Positions 49,132 to 59,717 of a stretch of DNA of 64,000 nucleotides are shown one piece after another. The notes beneath the pieces were generated by a model that worked only from the letters and a program-made list of their open reading frames with translations, made no database searches and was not told the origin of the DNA. The translations under genes and the position numbers were made by a program. The first letter of the stretch is position 1, and every line of letters starts with the position of its first letter. Source of the DNA: Candidatus Latescibacterota bacterium (GTDB lineage Bacteria; Latescibacterota; UBA2968; SICM01); assembly GCA_965217865.1 (NCBI GenBank), contig CBDCJO010000002.1, positions 736,001 through 800,000 of the forward strand, given 5' to 3'.

Positions 49132-49359
49132 ATCTGGGAACCAGTGGTCAGGGGTCAGAAGTCGGGGTTAGGAAAAGGAGGTAGCAGGTGGCAGTGGCAG
49201 GAGAGGCATTGAAGATTGAAGATTGAAGATCGAAGAGATCCATATAGCCAAAAAAGTCCTGAGGTTTTCAAATATTCAATTCTCCGATATTCAATGAAGT
49301 TTTAGGGGTCAGGAAAGCGGCTCGAAACTGCTTACGAACGACATCCATATGGAGCTAAC

Positions 49360-50029
49360 ATGAGACTGATCCTGGTGGGGTGTGAATACGCAGGGAAAGA
49401 CCACACTTGCGGAGGAGATCGTGAAGTGGATCGATCGAACAATGGGCGGGGCACGTGGCTTCCACGACCACTTCACCATACCCGACTCGGAGGCTCCGGA
49501 AGAGGTACAGGAGGAAATCCTGGGACTCAGCCCGAAGCTCAAGGAGTCGCTCCAGCGATACATGATTCATTATCACCTTGTCCCCGACTTCTACGGCGAT
49601 CCCGACCATAATTTGGTCGGGTTCCACATCGAAGAAGCGGTTTACGCACCGCTTTACTACGGATACGGTCGAAAGGGTGAACACAGCTACCGGACCCGGT
49701 TCGCAAGGGGTGTCGAGAGAAATATTATGGAAGTCGCCCCGGACACGGTGCTCGTTCTGCTCAGGGCATCCCCCGATGTCATCGCCAGGCGGATGCGGGA
49801 AAATCCCCATCCGCGGCCGGTGGTGAAGGAAGCGGATATCGAACATGTCCTGGAACGGTTTGATGAGGAATTCGGGGTCACACTGATCCGAAGGCGGTTC
49901 ATCCTCGACACCTCCACCGCAACCGTCGATGAGACGCTCCAGGAGTTCGTGACGAAAAACGAGTTATACCTGACCGATTCGGATCGGAGAAGGATTTTGA
50001 CACATCAGGCACTGGTCAAGGGAAATTGA
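49360..50029 (+). CDS. P-loop NMP-kinase-like protein (frameshift near 49396, probably sequencing indel)
   Basis: MRLILVGCEYAGK joins TTLAEEIVKW if GGGAAAGACC loses one A, restoring Walker A; LLRASPDVIARR, ILDTS. Confidence 0.75.
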
Positions 50030-50177
50030 AGATTGACCATTGAAGATAATTGAAGATTGAAGATTAAAAGACCGTCAAACGTGAGAGATCAGGGGTTAGA
50101 GGTCAGGGTCAGGGAAAGGCAAAGGCCGGGGTAGGAGGAAACTGAAGAATGACATTGACGATTGTGAATCGGAAACG

Positions 50178-50355
50178 CCCTCATCCCCTGTATCCCCTTC
50201 TCCCGCTTAGCAGGAGAAGGGGACAATGACGTTCATTTCACTTATGTTAAGAATCTCGCCTTTCCCCTTCATTCAATAATCAGATGATTTTGGAACTTCC
50301 CCTCTCCCGGTACCCGGGAGAGGGGTGCCGAGCCTGCGAGGCGGGATGAGGGGGC
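50178..50355. repeat. Double-hairpin intergenic element resembling family B
   Basis: CCCTCATCCC...CCCCTTCTCC-N-GGAGAAGGGG...CCCCTCTCCCGG-N-CCGGGAGAGGGG...GGGATGAGGG. Confidence 0.6.
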
Positions 50356-50484
50356 ATAACGGGGCGGTACAATCATCGCGCCTTCTGGATCGACACTGGG
50401 AAATTCTATCCTGTTTTAGGCTTCACTTTTTTTTTGATTTTCCATTTTGCATTTTCCATTTTGCATTTCCATGGGAGTCCTCCG

Positions 50485-51516
50485 ATGAAAATCGCCATCC
50501 TCCACGGTCCCAGAGATCTTCGACTTGAAGAGCAGCCCCTCGACACCCACAACCTGAAACCCGACCAGCTCTGGGTAGAGTCCCTGATCTCCGCCTTCAA
50601 GATCGGCACGGACCGGGGCAACTACGAAGGCGCTGAAGAGGTACCCGGCGCCCCGACCTACCCAAGGTGGGTCGGGGACAGCAACCTGGGCATCGTGCGG
50701 GGCGTTGGCAGTGCGGTAACCCGATTCCAGAAGGGGGACCGGGTGGTCACCCGAAAGCCACACCAGTCCGAGTACCTCATCGAAGAATCCGAGAGCATGG
50801 TGAAAGTCCCGGATGGGGCCGACGACGAGGATGCCGTTTTTTCTCACCTCTACGCCCTGAGTTCCCTCTGTTACCGCAAAGCCCACTTTCAGCCCGGCGA
50901 GAACGTGGCCGTCGTGGGCCTCGGGGTTCTGGGACTGGGGGCCGTTGCCCTCGGACCCTGTTTCGGGGCCCGGGTTGTCGGCCTGGGCAACAGCCCGACC
51001 CGTCTGGATATGGCCAAACGGATGGGGGCCCACGAGGCCTACCCGTCAGACGATCCCGACATGACCGAGAAACTGAACGCCTTCACGGACGGCGTCGGAA
51101 TCGACCTGGTCATCCTCACGGCGAATCCCTGGCCGGCCTTTCGCACCTCCCTACAGATCGTCCGGCCAAACGGCCGCGTCTCCATCGTCAGCCTTCTGGG
51201 CCGCGGAGAGCCTCCTATAGATTTCAACCCCCTCCCTCTGGACCTGTTTTACATCAAAGGCATATCCTTGATCTCCGTGTGCGGACCCCCCGGATATTTA
51301 TATCCGGACCACGGTGTGGGAAACCAAGTGACGGATGACCGCTTCAATCCCGACCGCGCCTGCGCACACGTGCTTTCCCTTATCGCGGATGGACGACTCG
51401 AGCCCAGCCGTCTGATCACCCACCGGTTCCACTACACTGAAATGGTAAAGGCCTACGAGATGGCCTTCAACCGGGAGAAGTCTATGCTCGGGGTCGTGTT
51501 CGAATGGAAGAAGTAA
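50485..51516 (+). CDS. MDR-superfamily (Zn-binding-type) alcohol dehydrogenase-like protein
   Basis: MKIAILHGPRDLRLEE, VVGLGVLG, GIDLVI, LITHRF; canonical Zn Cys/GHE motif absent. Confidence 0.88.
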   Translation: MKIAILHGPRDLRLEEQPLDTHNLKPDQLWVESLISAFKIGTDRGNYEGAEEVPGAPTYPRWVGDSNLGIVRGVGSAVTRFQKGDRVVTRKPHQSEYLIEESESMVKVPDGADDEDAVFSHLYALSSLCYRKAHFQPGENVAVVGLGVLGLGAVALGPCFGARVVGLGNSPTRLDMAKRMGAHEAYPSDDPDMTEKLNAFTDGVGIDLVILTANPWPAFRTSLQIVRPNGRVSIVSLLGRGEPPIDFNPLPLDLFYIKGISLISVCGPPGYLYPDHGVGNQVTDDRFNPDRACAHVLSLIADGRLEPSRLITHRFHYTEMVKAYEMAFNREKSMLGVVFEWKK

Positions 51517-51523
51517 ACTTTAG

Positions 51524-52309
51524 ATGAACATGAGAGAGGCCCTGCTCAAATTGGGGGTGACCGATACGACCCTATCGGAGGAGGAAAAGCACTTCCTCGA
51601 TCACAAGGGCTACCTTCCCTTACCGAAGATCCTTTCCGACGATCAGGTCCGGGCATTCGTAAGACGCCTTGAACAGATCGAAGATGACGAGGGAGAAGAA
51701 GCGGGTGAGGAATTTCATCAGGAAGCCGGGACGATCAGACTCAGCGACCTTGTGAACAAGGCGCCCCTGTTCGAGATCTGCTTCACGCATCCCCGTGTGC
51801 TTGCCGCGATTGCCCACGTCCTTATCGACGATTTTAAACTCTCTTCGCTGAACGGCCGGGCGGCAATCCCCGGACACGGACTTCAAGCCTTACACGTGGA
51901 TGGAAGGAATCTGAACCTTCAACGATCGGGGGATACACCGCTTCATCGGGGGGACCACGTCGTTTGCAACTCCATCTGGCTGCTCACAGATTTTACGCCG
52001 GAAAACGGGGCGACCCGTCTGGTGCCGGGAACCCACCTGTCCGGAAAAATGCCGGCTGATTCGATGGACGATCCGACCCGGCCCCACCCGGATGAGATCC
52101 GGCTACACGCTCCTGCGGGCACTGTCGTCATCTTCAATTCCCACACCTGGCACGGAGGTACGTTGAACAAAGGGGATACCCTCCGTCGCGCAATGCATTC
52201 CTACTTTACCCGTCGCCACCTTCCCCAGCAGACGGACCAGCGAAAACACATCCGCCCGGAGAACTACAACCGCCTGAATGAGGCCGCGCAATTTATCCTG
52301 GACGTGTAA
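51524..52309 (+). CDS. PhyH family protein
   Basis: LHVD, NSIWLLTDFTPENGATRLVPGTH, WHGG. Confidence 0.92.
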   Translation: MNMREALLKLGVTDTTLSEEEKHFLDHKGYLPLPKILSDDQVRAFVRRLEQIEDDEGEEAGEEFHQEAGTIRLSDLVNKAPLFEICFTHPRVLAAIAHVLIDDFKLSSLNGRAAIPGHGLQALHVDGRNLNLQRSGDTPLHRGDHVVCNSIWLLTDFTPENGATRLVPGTHLSGKMPADSMDDPTRPHPDEIRLHAPAGTVVIFNSHTWHGGTLNKGDTLRRAMHSYFTRRHLPQQTDQRKHIRPENYNRLNEAAQFILDV

Positions 52310-52343
52310 ATAATTGTAGATCGATTGCTGCGAGGAACCCGAC

Positions 52344-53564
52344 GTGGAAAAAGACTTGCATCAGAAAATGCGGGAGTGTCACGACCGGATATGGGATCGA
52401 TTCATCCATCCGGAACTCGGCCTGATTTACGACTACGTGTCCAATGATGGCCGTCCCCCGTTCTGGTGGTTGCCCACCGCGGACGAAATCGCCCACCGCT
52501 ATCCCAACCCGCAGGGATGGTCCACCGGTATGGAGGACGGATCACTCAACGGCGGGGTCTATCTTGCCTCAATGGTGACCGCCTATCGCATTACGGGTCG
52601 TGAAGTATACGCAGAGAAAGCCCGAAGATTATACAAAGGCCTGATCCGCACGGCCACGTGCAGTCCGGAGAAAGGGTTCATCGCACGGGCCGTCACATAC
52701 GACAACGCCCACTGGTATCCCGCCTCTTCCGTCGATCAGTATACCTGGTGGATGCACGGCATGTGGGTATACTCCCGCAGCGGAATAGCTGTGGATCAGG
52801 AGATCGATGCCGTCCGCGCCGTCGCCCGGGACGTGTGTGTACGAATGGAGCGGGACGATTGGGAGATCTATCGGGAGGACGGTGAAAAGGCCTACTACCT
52901 GGATATCGGGGCCTTTACCGCGGACCGCAGCACCCGCCTCCTCGAAGTCCTCCGGATCGCCCACGACTTGACCGGTGACGCACATTGGCTGGAAGTGTAT
53001 TACGACAAGGTCCACGAGGAGGACGACCGTCGCCTTCTGAGCGTACAGGATACCGTTGCTTTTTCCCCCACCCCATATACCGTGATCCAGACGGCGGCCT
53101 CCCTCCTGCCTCTGATCGCGCTGGAGTCCGAACAGAACATCAAAAATCAATATATCGCAGCACTCAATGCGTGCGCCCGCGGCATGTGGTACGCGGTTCC
53201 TTCGTGCTATCGATACGAGGCGGAACGAACCCGGAACGCCGATTGGGATCCGGACTGGCGGAAGCGCTATCCCCCCGAGGGATTTCGCAAAGGCGGGCTG
53301 AAGTTCGAACCCCCGGGTTGGGCGTTCGAGGATGAAGTCATCCGCCGTCCCTGCGAGGCCATGATGGTGGTGGCCTACGGGGCCGATACCGATCCGACCA
53401 TGAAACACGGAGTCGTGCGGGACCAGCTGCTCACGGTGATTCGCTGGGCCCTGACGACTTACGACTATGAATATATTCACAGCTATGCGCTCGTCTACGC
53501 CGAGTCTCTCTACTGGCTGGCGATCGAGAAAGGACTCCTCGAAAAAGCAGAGGTTGGGGACTAG
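52344..53564 (+). CDS. Hypothetical protein, possibly (alpha/alpha)-barrel glycosidase-like
   Basis: 406 aa co-oriented ORF; GMED, YRITG, GFIAR, SVDQY, DLTGDAHW. Confidence 0.65.
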   Translation: MEKDLHQKMRECHDRIWDRFIHPELGLIYDYVSNDGRPPFWWLPTADEIAHRYPNPQGWSTGMEDGSLNGGVYLASMVTAYRITGREVYAEKARRLYKGLIRTATCSPEKGFIARAVTYDNAHWYPASSVDQYTWWMHGMWVYSRSGIAVDQEIDAVRAVARDVCVRMERDDWEIYREDGEKAYYLDIGAFTADRSTRLLEVLRIAHDLTGDAHWLEVYYDKVHEEDDRRLLSVQDTVAFSPTPYTVIQTAASLLPLIALESEQNIKNQYIAALNACARGMWYAVPSCYRYEAERTRNADWDPDWRKRYPPEGFRKGGLKFEPPGWAFEDEVIRRPCEAMMVVAYGADTDPTMKHGVVRDQLLTVIRWALTTYDYEYIHSYALVYAESLYWLAIEKGLLEKAEVGD

Positions 53565-55365
53565 TCCTAAAATAAGCGAATAGGCTTGTTGAGCGGTGTG
53601 TTATACAAGATTTCGGAGCATTTCAGACTTGTGACTTGGTGGAGATGATGTCTGGGCTGTTTTTGTGATTGTTTCGGCATGCGATTGTCTAATTAACTGA
53701 GTTTGCGGACGTGTTTTAGCCGGGGTGGACGGACTTGTCCCTGTGATGTTACGACGACAGGTGCTGACATGGCAGTCAGGCCGGTTTGAGCCATCTGATT
53801 CTGTTCCAGGCCGGGAAGAAGTCAGTCATCCACCGGTTGTAGCCCAAGACACGATAGATGATCTGTCTTCCCCGGGTCACGATCTGGCAAGGGATCCAGA
53901 TCAGATTCTGGAGGAAGGCGCGAAACTTCATTCTCAGAAGTTGATCGCGACGCTCACGCTTTCGGATCATCAACGCGAACCAGGCTTTGAGGTTCCACGC
54001 CAGGGCGGTCATGACCATGTAAGCCCAGTTGCTCATCAGGTTGTCGACGGGCATCCGCATGGCGTTGACCCCGTTCTTGAGTTGTTCAATCACGTTTTCC
54101 TGATCGCACCGTCGATTGGCCAGCCTCACGATTTCCGCGGCCGTAAGATCTTTTCGGGTGGTAATGTAGAAGAAACAGCGCTTGTCATCGAACAGGGCGT
54201 TTTCGCCGCGTTCGACGCTCAGGTTTTTTTCGAGGATCACGAGTCGACAGGTCTTCCTGCATCGAGCAGGACGATACGAAACCCCGGCAACACGTTCACT
54301 GGCAAGTCGGATGTTTTTGAAGCCGCGCTCCCGGATGATCCGGGCTTTCACGTTCTCGCGTTTCTGTCTCTGGGAGGTTTTGACCTGGTATTTGGGTTGT
54401 CGTTCAAAGGGCTCCCAATCGCTCTGTGACAGGGATTTGGCGATCTTGACCAATCCTCTGTAAGCATCCATGCCGAAGACGAAGTCGACCTTTTCCGACC
54501 AACGATCGAAGTGCCGGGTGAGTGAGAAGCCGGTGTCTCCGCGCAGGCAGATGCGTTTGGCGAAAGGGGCGACCAGCGCGATGGCGCGATCGATCCACTT
54601 TACGGCACCGTCGTGGCTGGGCACATGGCCGGGTCGATTCACAAGAAACAACACCTCCCTGGTGTTCGCCAGAGAGACCACGAGAGGATGGTATCCCCAG
54701 ATACCGTTGTATGACAGGGCCATGCCCTGCTTGCGTTCTCCGAGGGTGGTGGCCAGGGTGCCGTCGATGTCGATGAGGGCTTCTTTGAGTTCGCCCCTGG
54801 CGCGCTTTTTCCAGATCCGGGTGCGCACCCGGTTGATGCAATCCATCAACGTCTCGATATCCGATGGTCGGATCCGGGAGACGCTGAGCGCCCAAAGCGT
54901 TCAGGAACGTGGCATCCTGCCGGCGCAGCTCAATGTCTTCAAGGCGTTGACCACCAACCAGCGCATTGTAGGCGATGTTCAGAACGTGGTCTGATTCGTG
55001 ACAGGGCAAATGCACTTTCAAAAGATGAAGATGACGGTCAATCTCTTTCACCAGCCCAACCCTGCGGACCATGTGGTGAAACGCGCCGATCCCCCCACAC
55101 GTGATCGCCTCGGCCTTCCCACTTATCTCGTAGTGGATGTTTCCCCCAGACATCATAGGCTTGACCTGACTGCACCACTGCTTCCGACGCAAACGACGGA
55201 CAATTCGTGCTTCCCTGTTCCGAAGAATCTTCCTGTATTCTCTCATCTGAAATGCCCCTTTTGATGGCCTCTTTTTGTCTTTCACACTACAACTATAGGC
55301 CTGAAAACTGGGGCATTTCAACTTTTTTCTACTAAAACCAAGAAAAATTCACGCTTGTATAGGGG
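53565..55365 (-). mobile_element. IS1380-family element
   Basis: CTAG on both flanks (53561-53564, 55366-55369); imperfect IRs TCCTAAAATAAGCG / CCCCTATACAAGCG. Confidence 0.7.
53776..55246 (-). pseudogene. IS1380 transposase, frameshifted near 54865
   Basis: N-part MREYRKIL...LPDPT in one frame; DIETLMD...IDIDGT...GYHPL...LRGD...RCDQENVIEQLK in another; a short internal deletion appears likely. Confidence 0.8.
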
Positions 55366-55488
55366 CTAGTTCAAATTTTCCACTTGTATGAAAAAGTTTG
55401 TCCCGGCCGCCTTTTCGATTCCCGAGTCACGAAACACGATCCACGGGTTTTCCGATCCCCGAATCACGAACCACTGAACCCGGACGCT

Positions 55489-56898
55489 CTAGTGAAAAAC
55501 CGATCCGGATAAAAACGGGCGGAATCGTATCGAATATAGGTCGGCGTCTTTGAGCAGGAAGCGCAGTCTCACCGGCTTGCCTGCGAAGGCCCGCACGTCG
55601 GAACCCCCGGACCACCTCACGACGCGCTCGATATCGTCGCCGAAGATCTCCGGGCAGTTGTCGGCTTCGAAGCCGGGTATTGAGCTGCCTTCTTGATCCG
55701 TTATCTCAACGCGAACGCTCCCGGCACCGGATGTGGCATAGTTGATCACCAGCTCCCGTCCGTCGAAGATGAGCGGCCTGGTGAGCAGCTCTCCCCCCCG
55801 GTACAATGCGTTAACCGAGACGAAACCGTCCGTGCGCAGGACGCAGCGCTTCAGATGGACGCTCGGACGGGTGTAGTGCTGGACGATGTAAACGGAGATC
55901 TCATCCGGGGCCGTGGGCAGTAAGCCATAGGCGATCATGTTGGATCGAGCACCCCAGTTGAGCCTTTCGCGTCCGGGCCGGATGAAGGCTTCCATAAAGC
56001 GGCGATCGAAGTGGAGACCGTCACGGCTGGACATAAACATCGCATCCGACAGGCCGTCGGTTTCGTGTTCCGAGACGCCCCTTCGATCAGTTATGAAGCG
56101 TTTGGGGAAGCCGAAGAGGATGTGGGGTGCTCTGAAGTAAGGGGTGATTGAATTGGTGTAGAGGTTCTCGACGGGCGCGTCGCCGAAATCGAGACGCTGG
56201 AGGGGGGTCCAGTTGATGAAATCCTCGGACGTTCGCATCGCAATGCTGCGAACCTTCCCTTTGATCGGGCGGTACCATATCCGGTGGAACATGACATATC
56301 GTTTGCACTCCGGATCCCACCAGGTGCTGAAGTTGCAGTCATAGGCGGAATCCACCCCGTCATATTCATCGATGACAGGCTTCTCCCCGATCAGGTGCCA
56401 TCGAACCGCGTCCGGCGGCCCGAATGCGAATACGGGCTTTTGGTAGCCGTCGCTGGATATGGCCTTGTAGCGCTCTTCTGCCGTACAGTCGGGATTCGTA
56501 TCGAAGAATGCGCCCAGCGCACAGGGCGAGCCGACGCCGTTCCACACGATGTTGTTTCTCGTGGACCCCTCGAATTCGAGGAGATTCAGTTCGGGCTTCT
56601 CCCAGTGGATCCCGTCCCGGCTCCACGCGTAGCAGACGCGTGCCGTGATTCCTCGTTCCCCGAGTCCTCCTCGATAATACATCCTGAAACGATCCTCGTC
56701 TTTGAAGACCGAGACGTAGAAAATCCGGTTCCCCTCCCACGGCCTGTCGTTTTCGAGCACCCTCTCCGCTTTTATGGGCGAATGCAACTTCAAACTCAGG
56801 CCGTCGGTCATCGTGTCGATCAGTACGTCGTCCACGAACAACTCGAGGCGAGAGCCGATGTCAAAAGGCGTGTCCTTGTCTTTTCTCTGCGATTCCAT
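55489..56898 (-). CDS. Hypothetical beta-propeller glycoside-hydrolase-like protein
   Basis: RLELFVDD, SRDGIHW, SEDFINW, SRDGLHF (Asp-box-like), LRTDGFVS, VRLRF..KDADLYS. Confidence 0.75.
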   Translation of the reverse strand: MESQRKDKDTPFDIGSRLELFVDDVLIDTMTDGLSLKLHSPIKAERVLENDRPWEGNRIFYVSVFKDEDRFRMYYRGGLGERGITARVCYAWSRDGIHWEKPELNLLEFEGSTRNNIVWNGVGSPCALGAFFDTNPDCTAEERYKAISSDGYQKPVFAFGPPDAVRWHLIGEKPVIDEYDGVDSAYDCNFSTWWDPECKRYVMFHRIWYRPIKGKVRSIAMRTSEDFINWTPLQRLDFGDAPVENLYTNSITPYFRAPHILFGFPKRFITDRRGVSEHETDGLSDAMFMSSRDGLHFDRRFMEAFIRPGRERLNWGARSNMIAYGLLPTAPDEISVYIVQHYTRPSVHLKRCVLRTDGFVSVNALYRGGELLTRPLIFDGRELVINYATSGAGSVRVEITDQEGSSIPGFEADNCPEIFGDDIERVVRWSGGSDVRAFAGKPVRLRFLLKDADLYSIRFRPFLSGSVFH

Positions 56899-56956
56899 GT
56901 TGTTGGCCCTTTCAAGACACTAAACGTGAAACGTGAGATGTCAAACGTGAGACGTG

Positions 56957-57074
56957 AAACCTAACCCCCAAGCCCCCTTCCCTAAAGGGAAGGGGGATAT
57001 CGCCTTTATTTTAGCGAAATTTCAAGCCCAATGATCTACCCTCTCCTTTAGGGGAGGGGCCAGGGGAGGGGTCC
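56957..57074 (-). repeat. Hairpin-bounded element (family B, empty copy, inverted)
   Basis: Reverse complement aligns with 9771-9875 and ends GGGGGTTAGGTTT like 28799-28811. Confidence 0.8.
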
Positions 57075-57216
57075 AAAGAAGGAATTAATAAAAGAAACAG
57101 AGAAGTTGCATATAGATAAAACTAAACGTATTTTTTTCTACTGCTACTGCTACTGCTACTGGACTTGACCCGGTTTCGTGGATACCTTATTACTTGGCAG
57201 AAAGGAGGATGCTACG

Positions 57217-57524
57217 ATGCCGAGGACACATCCGCCGTATCCGCCGGAGTTCAAACGGCAGATGTTATGCGAGCGGGTCGCACGCCTCATGAGTTGTCCC
57301 GTGAGTTCGAGCCGTCCGCCCAGGCGATCCGGAACTGGATGTGGCAGGCCGATCTGGATGCGGGCCGCCGCAGTGATGGTCTGACCACCGAAGAGCGGGA
57401 GGAGATCAGACGACTGCGCCGCGAGAATAGGCAGTTGCGACAGGAGCGGGAGATCCTTGCAAAAGCCGCGGCCTGGTTCGCTCGGGAGACCAACTCGGTG
57501 CCAGGGGAGTCTACGAGTTCGTGA
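57217..57524 (+). pseudogene. IS3 orfA, frameshifted near 57266
   Basis: MPRTHPPYPPEFKRQM then frame change to RAGRTPHELSREF...LRQEREILAKAAAWFA; AAGGAGG RBS. Confidence 0.75.
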
Positions 57525-58381
57525 AAGCCAATCAGGCCTTCTATAAAGTAGCCACGATGTGCCGGGTCCTGGAAGTCTCCACCAGTGGGTACTACGCGTG
57601 GCTCAAGCGGCCGCTGTCGGCACGAGCGCAGGCCGATGTGGCTCTGACGGAACGGATCGTGAAGATTCACAAGTGTTCTGATGGCACCTACGGTGTCCCG
57701 CGCATATACGAGGAGCTTGTAGCCGAGGGGGAGCGGATCGGTCGCAAGCGCGTTGCGCGGTTGATGCGTGCTGCAGGCCTGGAGGGCGTAAGTCGTCGCA
57801 AACGGCATCGAACCACCTACCGTGATCGCGATGGGCGCGTCGCTGCTGACCTGGTCAATCGAGATTTCACGGCTAACGGGCCAGACCAGCTCTGGGTAGC
57901 CGACATCACTTACATCAGTACGTGGGCCGGCTTCCTGTATCTCGCGGTCGTTGTGGACGCCTGGAGCCGCCGCGTCGTTGGCTGGGCGATGGCGACCCAT
58001 CTGCGCGCCGAGCTGGTGCTCGAGGCGTTGAATATGGCGCTCTGGCAACGACAGCCGGAAGCCGTCATCCATCACTCCGACCAGGGATGTCAGTACACCT
58101 CCATTGCCTTCGGTCTACGGTGCCGCAAGGCCGGTGTCCGGCCCTCTATGGGCTCCACCGGTGACTGCTACGACAACGCGTTATGCGAGAGCTTCTTCGC
58201 CACGCTCGAATGCGAACGCCTGGATCGCCGAAACTACCGCACACAGGCCGAAGCCCGGATGTCCGTATTTCAATACATCGAGGGCTGGTACAACTCCCAT
58301 CGGCGACACTCAGCACTCGGATATCTCTCTCCAATGAACTTTGAGCAGACCTCCAGCGCTGTTGCCCATGAAGCCGAATGA
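57521..58381 (+). CDS. IS3 orfB DDE transposase
   Basis: WVADITY, HHSDQGCQY, DNALCESFF, YNSHRRHSALGY. Confidence 0.95.
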   Translation: MKANQAFYKVATMCRVLEVSTSGYYAWLKRPLSARAQADVALTERIVKIHKCSDGTYGVPRIYEELVAEGERIGRKRVARLMRAAGLEGVSRRKRHRTTYRDRDGRVAADLVNRDFTANGPDQLWVADITYISTWAGFLYLAVVVDAWSRRVVGWAMATHLRAELVLEALNMALWQRQPEAVIHHSDQGCQYTSIAFGLRCRKAGVRPSMGSTGDCYDNALCESFFATLECERLDRRNYRTQAEARMSVFQYIEGWYNSHRRHSALGYLSPMNFEQTSSAVAHEAE

Positions 58382-58515
58382 ATCGCAACTGATAAACCGT
58401 CCGCTAAACCGGGGTAACTCCAACTGCTACTGCTACTGGCATCTGATTTTACACTTTCCACTTTCCATTTTTCATTTTCCATTTCCCGGGTCGGGGGCCG
58501 GGTAGGGAGGAACCG

Positions 58516-59529
58516 ATGTCTCTATCTATGCGCGTGGCCCTGGGCCAGTTCAATGAGCTCACGGACGAAAAGATCTCTTTCATCAAGCAGCTCGGCGCCG
58601 GCGATTTCCTGATGAATCACGCCAGGCTTCCTGGAGAAGTGAAATGGGAGTACGAAGATCTCGCCGCCTTGAAGAAGCGGGGGGACGATGCCGGACTTCG
58701 GCTTATGGCCCTCGAGAACGTGCCGGGCTCATTCTACGATAAGGCTATGCTGGGTCTGCCGGGCAGGGACGACCAGATCGCCAATATGTGCACCACGATC
58801 CGGAACATGGGTCGGGCGGGCATTCCGATCCTGGGCTATCACTTTATGCCGAGCATGGTATGGCGAACCCCGGAGCCTGCCGTCCTCCGCGGTGGTGCCA
58901 CGGCCACCCGTTTCAACATCGCCGAGCGGTCCCGGGGTTCTTCACCGGAAGGGCCTGTCGAGGTACACGCAAACGAGCTCACACACGGCCGTGTCTACAC
59001 GGAGGGGGAGATGTGGGAGAACTATTCCTACTACCTGGAGCGCATCCTGCCGGTCGCCGAAGAAGCGCGCGTGCGGCTGGCGTTGCATCCGGACGACCCG
59101 CCTGTGGAATCCCTCGGGGGGATCGCCCGCATCTTCAAAAGGTTCGATGATTTCAAGCGCGCGATGGATACGTTCGACAGTCCCTATCACGGGCTGGACT
59201 TCTGCATGGGTTGCTGGTCCGAGATGGGTTCACACGAGAATGTCATCCGGGGCATCCGGTATTTCGGTCCTAAGGGGAAGATCATCTACGTTCATTTCCG
59301 CGACGTTCAGGGCCAGGGGGGCTGTTTCAACGAATGCTTCATCGACGAGGGCCAGGTCGATACCTTCGAGGTGGTGAAGACGCTGAAGGAGGTCGGCTTC
59401 GACGGGTTTATGATTACAGATCACGTGCCGAACATCGTGGACGATACGGGCTGGGGCCACCGGGGAAGGGCCCACTGTATCGGCTATATGCAGGCACTGA
59501 TCCAGGTTGTGAATAAGCTTTATTCGTAA
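58516..59529 (+). CDS. uxuA: Mannonate dehydratase (UxuA family)
   Basis: ILGYHFMP, LALHPDDPP, GLDFCMG, VHFRDV, E.FIDEG, DHVP. Confidence 0.85.
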   Translation: MSLSMRVALGQFNELTDEKISFIKQLGAGDFLMNHARLPGEVKWEYEDLAALKKRGDDAGLRLMALENVPGSFYDKAMLGLPGRDDQIANMCTTIRNMGRAGIPILGYHFMPSMVWRTPEPAVLRGGATATRFNIAERSRGSSPEGPVEVHANELTHGRVYTEGEMWENYSYYLERILPVAEEARVRLALHPDDPPVESLGGIARIFKRFDDFKRAMDTFDSPYHGLDFCMGCWSEMGSHENVIRGIRYFGPKGKIIYVHFRDVQGQGGCFNECFIDEGQVDTFEVVKTLKEVGFDGFMITDHVPNIVDDTGWGHRGRAHCIGYMQALIQVVNKLYS

Positions 59530-59717
59530 GATAGGGGGTACTCATCAAAATTGGTTTCGTTGGCCTTGTACCTTTCTCACAAGTTCCCGTTCCTTGCTCA
59601 TTAATATAGGAGCAGCAGAGGAACACCCCGCTCTTTCCATCCCCTGCCTGATACCCCCGAGACCATCTCCGACGTTGAAAAGATGATCAGGAGTCCCCGC
59701 AGACAACAACCGGATGC

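Larger units (their letters stand above)
57160..58422 (+). mobile_element. IS3-family element
   Basis: IRs TGGACTTGACCCGGTTTCGTGGA and TCCGCTAAACCGGGGTAACTCCA (TG...CA ends). Confidence 0.9.
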
